From the NCBI GenBank assembly GCA_963711565.1, contig CAVQEQ010000003.1, positions 1,056,001 through 1,120,000 on the forward strand: a stretch of 64,000 nucleotides of DNA. Direction: 5' to 3'. A program made the translations under genes and the position numbers. Below are positions 59,842 through 64,000 of this stretch, one piece after another (position 1 is the first letter of the stretch; the number at the start of each line of letters is the position of its first letter). Origin of the DNA: an uncultured delta proteobacterium. Its GTDB lineage: Bacteria > Desulfobacterota > Binatia > Binatales > Binataceae. Below the pieces are notes generated by a model. The model ran no database searches, was not told the DNA's origin, and saw only the letters and a list, made by a program, of their open reading frames with translations.

Positions 59842-60384
59842 ATGCAGATGACTCACCACCGCTTGCGCGGCGAAATCGCAATCCTGACGTTGGCCGTGGC
59901 GCTGGCGATTTCGGCTTCCGCGGCGCCGGAAAGCAAAACTTACTATCTGCCTGACGCCGCCGCCTCGCGCGTGGTCACGGTGACGAAATCAGGACCCGCG
60001 CAAGCCGCGATCACGATACTCACGCAGGCCGTGGCAGAGAAAGAAGAGGACGAGGGCGGCAGAATTCCGGTATGTCAAATCTACGCCTTCAACCCATCGA
60101 TGATCGTGGTTCGCCGCGACGAACCCACGATGATAAGTTTTCGTAACTACCAGGCCGACGACGAGCACGATTTTATGCTGGTTGCGCCGGATTCGACCGT
60201 GCTGATGTTCGAGCCGTTGCCGGTGCTGACCGAAATCTCCTACGTCTTCACCTTCCATCAGGAGGGCTTGTTCACCTTCTATTGCACGATCCATCAGCCT
60301 GAGATGACCGGTCAAATCCTGGTAGTGCCGCCGCTGCCGCATCCCGGCTCCAAGAGCCATCGCGGCGCAATTGCTCCTGATTGA
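59842..60384 (+). CDS. Secreted cupredoxin domain protein
   Basis: Type 1 Cu ligands: EHDF and FYCTIHQPEM. Confidence 0.85.
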   Translation: MQMTHHRLRGEIAILTLAVALAISASAAPESKTYYLPDAAASRVVTVTKSGPAQAAITILTQAVAEKEEDEGGRIPVCQIYAFNPSMIVVRRDEPTMISFRNYQADDEHDFMLVAPDSTVLMFEPLPVLTEISYVFTFHQEGLFTFYCTIHQPEMTGQILVVPPLPHPGSKSHRGAIAPD

Positions 60385-60395
60385 GGGAGAAATCC

Positions 60396-60944
60396 ATGCG
60401 AAGCTGTCGATGTCTCGCGCTTGCGGCTGTTTTGATCGTCGCTACGGCGGTTAGCCTCGAGGCGCAGGTGCGATTGCCGAATTGCCAGGTGCGGGGAGAC
60501 CAGCTCGAAGAGGATATGTGGGAAAATCTCTGGAAGCAGAATTGGGACGGCGCCGCCAAACTGATCGCGCCGGGTTTTCAATCGATCCGCGACAACAAGA
60601 TTCGGGATCGCGATGGCGAGCTTGCCTTCATCAAGACACAGTCCTTCAAGCTTCATTTCCCGCACAACTACCAGACGACGTATAGCGGCGACGCCGTAAT
60701 CGTCAGCTACAAAATCGGCCACTACGCCGATGCGCCCGGCGGCAAGGGCAAAAAAATCAGGGTCGATGTGGAAGCATTGAGCGTATGGCGGCATACCCCC
60801 CGCGGCTGGCAATGGGTAGCACACGTTGAAACCGCCGGCGCTCCGCCTGCCCAGTCCGCCAAACCCGACAATTCTGCGCCGAGGGCTTCGCGCGGCACAG
60901 TTGAGCGTTGGGACACTGGCTTGGCTGATGCTGAAGCGAAGTAA
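60396..60944 (+). CDS. Secreted NTF2-like (DUF4440) protein
   Basis: Signal peptide; GDAVIVSY, SVWRHTPRGWQWVAH. Confidence 0.75.
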   Translation: MRSCRCLALAAVLIVATAVSLEAQVRLPNCQVRGDQLEEDMWENLWKQNWDGAAKLIAPGFQSIRDNKIRDRDGELAFIKTQSFKLHFPHNYQTTYSGDAVIVSYKIGHYADAPGGKGKKIRVDVEALSVWRHTPRGWQWVAHVETAGAPPAQSAKPDNSAPRASRGTVERWDTGLADAEAK

Positions 60945-61011
60945 CAACGGCTGTTCACTCCAACAGCGATCCCACTATAGAATCGAGTAAATTGAACGAG
61001 AGAATCGAATA

Positions 61012-62019
61012 ATGGCTAATGGACAAAGAATCGCGGTGGCTGGTGCGACGGGCGCCGTCGGCCAGACCACACTGAAAATCCTCGAGCAGCGCAAGTTCCC
61101 GGTGCGCGAGCTGCGCGCGTTGGCGTCAGCGCGCTCGGCCGGCAAGACCGTCACCTTCGCCGGCGAGTCGATAAAGGTTGAGGTGCTCGACGCCAACTCG
61201 TTCAAGGGAATCGATATTGCGCTGTTCTCGGCCGGCTCGGATCAATCTCGCGAGTTCGCGCCGATTGCGGTAAAAGCCGGCGCTGTCGTCATCGACAAGT
61301 CGAGCGCATTTCGGATGGACCCCGAGGTGCCGCTGGTGGTGCCTGAAATCAACGGCGCCGCAGCGCGCAATCACAAGGGTATCGTCGCATGCCCCAACTG
61401 CACGACGATCGTCACGGTGATGCCGCTGAAACCGCTCCACGACCTTGGGCGTTTGCGGCGCGTGGTCGCGACCAGTTTCCAGGCGGTATCAGGCGCGGGC
61501 GTCAACGGTATCGCGGAGCTGCGCGAGCAGACGATGGCGTGGTCGAAGGGCGAGGCAATCAAGTCGAAATTTTTCGCGCATCAGATTGCGTTCAACCTGA
61601 TCCCGGCCGGCAAATTTGTCGAGGGCGGCTACACCGACGAGGAAATCAAGCTGGTCAACGAGATCAGGAAAATTCTCGACCAGCCCGAATTGCTGATTTC
61701 CCCGACCACCGTGCGGGTGCCGGTCTTCACCACCCATTCGATTTCCGTCAACGCCGAGACCGAGACGAAGATCGCTGAGGCCGACGCGCGCGAGGCTTTC
61801 GCGCATTTCCCGGGACTTCGGCTGCTCGACGATCCCGCGCAGAACCGCTACCCGATGCCGATCCTCGTCGAAGGACAGGACGATTGTTTCGTCGGCCGAG
61901 TCCGCGAGGATCTGAGCCGCCCCAACGCCCTGAACTTCTGGGTCGTAGGCGACCAGTTGCGTAAGGGCGCCGCGCTCAACGGCGTTCAGATCGCCGAGTT
62001 GCTAATCAGCAGCCATTAG
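61012..62019 (+). CDS. asd: Aspartate-semialdehyde dehydrogenase
   Basis: GATGAVG, SSAFRMDPEVPLVVPE, PNCTT, QAVSGAG, DQLRKGAALN. Confidence 0.97.
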   Translation: MANGQRIAVAGATGAVGQTTLKILEQRKFPVRELRALASARSAGKTVTFAGESIKVEVLDANSFKGIDIALFSAGSDQSREFAPIAVKAGAVVIDKSSAFRMDPEVPLVVPEINGAAARNHKGIVACPNCTTIVTVMPLKPLHDLGRLRRVVATSFQAVSGAGVNGIAELREQTMAWSKGEAIKSKFFAHQIAFNLIPAGKFVEGGYTDEEIKLVNEIRKILDQPELLISPTTVRVPVFTTHSISVNAETETKIAEADAREAFAHFPGLRLLDDPAQNRYPMPILVEGQDDCFVGRVREDLSRPNALNFWVVGDQLRKGAALNGVQIAELLISSH

Positions 62020-63335
62020 GTACCGCAGCCACCAGGTTGTGCGCATATAAAAGTCACTATGCCGGCCGGAATCGGGCTGGTCACCACATGCGCGCCGGTG
62101 CGCGGCGCGCTCAGCATCGCCTGGATATCGATCACCGCCACGTAGCTGAAGTCCATGTTCTCTATTACTGCCAGCGCTTTTTTGGAGTTGGGGCTGACAT
62201 ATGCCGTCACCGTATGAGGATCGTTACCCTGCGACCAGGAATCCTCAGTCGGTGGGCTGGGCACGGTGAACGCCGCGTAGTCCACAAAGGACGGCGTTCC
62301 GCTGCCCGAGGTGGACGGCAGCTGAAAAACGCCTTCCAGGTTGCCGCCAAACTCACCGACAGTCACGCCAAGATGGGAACCTGGTGCGACGGCGATTCCG
62401 CAGGTGCCGGCGGCAAGATCGTCAAACTCCGGAAAGTTCACAAGCTGGCTGGCTGTGTCGGTCCACGTGCCGGGCGTCCCCGCCGTGAATGTCGCCTGGG
62501 TCAGATCGGCGATGAAGAGATTGCCCGTAAATTCATCGGTAGAGAGCGCGATGCCGGTGGTGCAATCTTCGGCCGCCGAGTCGTACGTCCCTCCCTCATC
62601 CGTGTCCCCCAAGTCATTGTTGAACAGCGCGGGCGTCGAAGTGCTGACATTGACGATTTGGTAGATCGAAGATTCATTCGGCGATAACACTAGATGGCGG
62701 ATAGGATCGATCGAAATGTTTTCGGAGGTAGTCGTTCCGGCAGGAATTGGTGATTCAAAACTGGGCGTGCCGCCGAGGTCGAGGAATTGGTAACCGCCCG
62801 GGCCACCGCTTTCCAGTCCAATCGTAAGCAATGCCCTGTTGGTCGAGGAATCGACCACTACGCCGCAGGTTTCGCATGAGCCGCCCGAGAAACTTTCATC
62901 GGCGCTCGCGGCACTGGTCAAAGTGCTGGTCAGGGTCGTGCCGTTAATGAGGTAAACATCGGTGTCGTTGCCGGCGCATACCGTCTCGCCCGTCGTGGAG
63001 TTGGAGGAGCAGGAGTTCGGGACATTCCCGGTCGTTATTGCAACAGGAGTACCGCCGGTGCCAATACCGCTGCTCGTCTCAATCGGTACAACGTTAACGG
63101 CGGCCGTTCCTCCCTCCCAGCTTCCCTGTGGAAGATAGACAGTCGCGTTCTTGCCCTGAACCAATACCCCTACGGAACTCGACGGCAAGCATGCATTCGG
63201 TGCGGCGGTTGGCGTCGCAGTTGGCTTCGACGAACTGGAACAGGATGAGCACGGGTCACATCCCGTCATCTCCAGCGACACCGATACGACCGCGACCAAT
63301 AGACAAACAACCATCCCCACCCATCGAGCTCTCAT
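62016..63335 (-). CDS. Secreted or lipoprotein beta-rich hypothetical protein
   Basis: Signal ending in MTGC; PTATPT linker; Ser/Thr/Gly-rich repeats with paired Cys; GGAGGAGG RBS. Confidence 0.75.
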   Translation of the reverse strand: MRARWVGMVVCLLVAVVSVSLEMTGCDPCSSCSSSSKPTATPTAAPNACLPSSSVGVLVQGKNATVYLPQGSWEGGTAAVNVVPIETSSGIGTGGTPVAITTGNVPNSCSSNSTTGETVCAGNDTDVYLINGTTLTSTLTSAASADESFSGGSCETCGVVVDSSTNRALLTIGLESGGPGGYQFLDLGGTPSFESPIPAGTTTSENISIDPIRHLVLSPNESSIYQIVNVSTSTPALFNNDLGDTDEGGTYDSAAEDCTTGIALSTDEFTGNLFIADLTQATFTAGTPGTWTDTASQLVNFPEFDDLAAGTCGIAVAPGSHLGVTVGEFGGNLEGVFQLPSTSGSGTPSFVDYAAFTVPSPPTEDSWSQGNDPHTVTAYVSPNSKKALAVIENMDFSYVAVIDIQAMLSAPRTGAHVVTSPIPAGIVTFICAQPGGCGT

Positions 63336-63503
63336 AGTCGATCCTCCTCCGTGTTACGCCCGCAGTATCCGCGGCCACCGTGCGATAAATCGTTTCCCCA
63401 CCAAATAGCCCGCGCACGGTTGCGGCGAAGATAGACAAATGCGCGGGGAGTAGCAAGGAGTAGCAAACGGATTCGGAGGGCGGCTGACCGATTGGTCCGG
63501 CGA

Positions 63504-63533
63504 TTGACAACGTCTGCGTTCGCATATTACCCT
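63504..63533 (+). promoter_or_regulatory. Sigma-70-type promoter for the riboswitch leader
   Basis: TTGACA-18 nt-TACCCT about 25 bp before the aptamer. Confidence 0.5.
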
Positions 63534-63555
63534 CACTCAACTGCAAACGATTGCA

Positions 63556-63673
63556 GCCTTATCGAGAGCGGCGGAGGGACATGGCCCGCTGATGCCGCAG
63601 CAACCGGCCCGTGATGGGTGCTGGTGCTAACTCCTGCAGGGGTTCTATCCGAGAATCTCCTGGAAGATAAGGC
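63556..63673 (+). ncRNA. SAM-I (S-box) riboswitch
   Basis: P1 GCCTTATC/GATAAGGC; ATCGAGAG.GGCGGAGGGAC.TGGCCC; GCAACC; GGTGCTAACTCC; GAAGAT. Confidence 0.93.
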
Positions 63674-63778
63674 GAGAGTATCCAGCCCTCGTCTTACCGT
63701 CCCCGCAGGATTTTTCACCGACTTCCTGTCAGCACTGACCGCGTTGCACTCTCGACAAAACGGGAGAAGCGCGAAGTA

Positions 63779-64000
63779 GTGGAATCGGATCGAATACTGA
63801 TCGTCGGCATCGGAGGACTTGGCGTCCCGGCCTTGTGGGCGCTCGCGCGTGCGGGCGCTCGACGGCTGACACTCGTCGATCCCGACCCGGTCGAGCTGTC
63901 GAACCTCGCGCGCCAGGTGATCTATCGCAGTCGTGACATCGGCGCGCCGAAGGTCGAAGCGGCGGCGCGGTGGCTCGGCGAGCGCTCCCCCGACATCAAC
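63779..64000 (+). CDS. ThiF/MoeB/HesA family adenylyltransferase (5' part, runs off the window)
   Basis: Manual translation from GTG: MESDRILIVGIGGLG...LTLVDPDPVELSNLARQVIY...GAPKVEAA. Confidence 0.88.
   Translation, partial: MESDRILIVGIGGLGVPALWALARAGARRLTLVDPDPVELSNLARQVIYRSRDIGAPKVEAAARWLGERSPDIN

Overview
A GC-rich bacterial chromosomal window, mostly core and metabolic genes. Gene content and protein style suggest a soil Binatota / deltaproteobacteria-like genome (inference only). Main blocks: (1) an RRM RNA-binding protein, tRNA-Asn and an NtrC-type sigma-54 activator next to a Tad/Flp pilus locus (tadC-tadB-cpaF-cpaE-cpaC-cpaB). The locus is preceded by four tandem flp pilin genes, two of them missing from the ORF track, and a correctly spaced sigma-54 promoter. 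(2) A tetrapyrrole cluster (sirC/cysG-N, ccsA/hemX, hemA, hemC, cobA-hemD, hemB) whose last four junctions carry palindromic REP-like repeats, some translated into protein termini. (3) lon, a Re-citrate-synthase-like enzyme, a GT11 fucosyltransferase, an orphan nuoI, thiC, bcp and a rhodanese-MoeB fusion. (4) A small accessory island with an XamI-family restriction-modification pair, followed by a nucleotidyltransferase cassette bracketed by a duplicated promoter/5' end of the next gene. (5) Secreted beta-propeller proteins, one with a 19-aa four-Cys module inserted into two blades. (6) asd, and a SAM-I riboswitch upstream of a ThiF/MoeB gene at the right edge. Two genes are frameshifted, possibly by sequencing error. 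No CRISPR array, integrase, transposase or prophage gene was seen. All calls come from reading motifs by eye; no searches were run.
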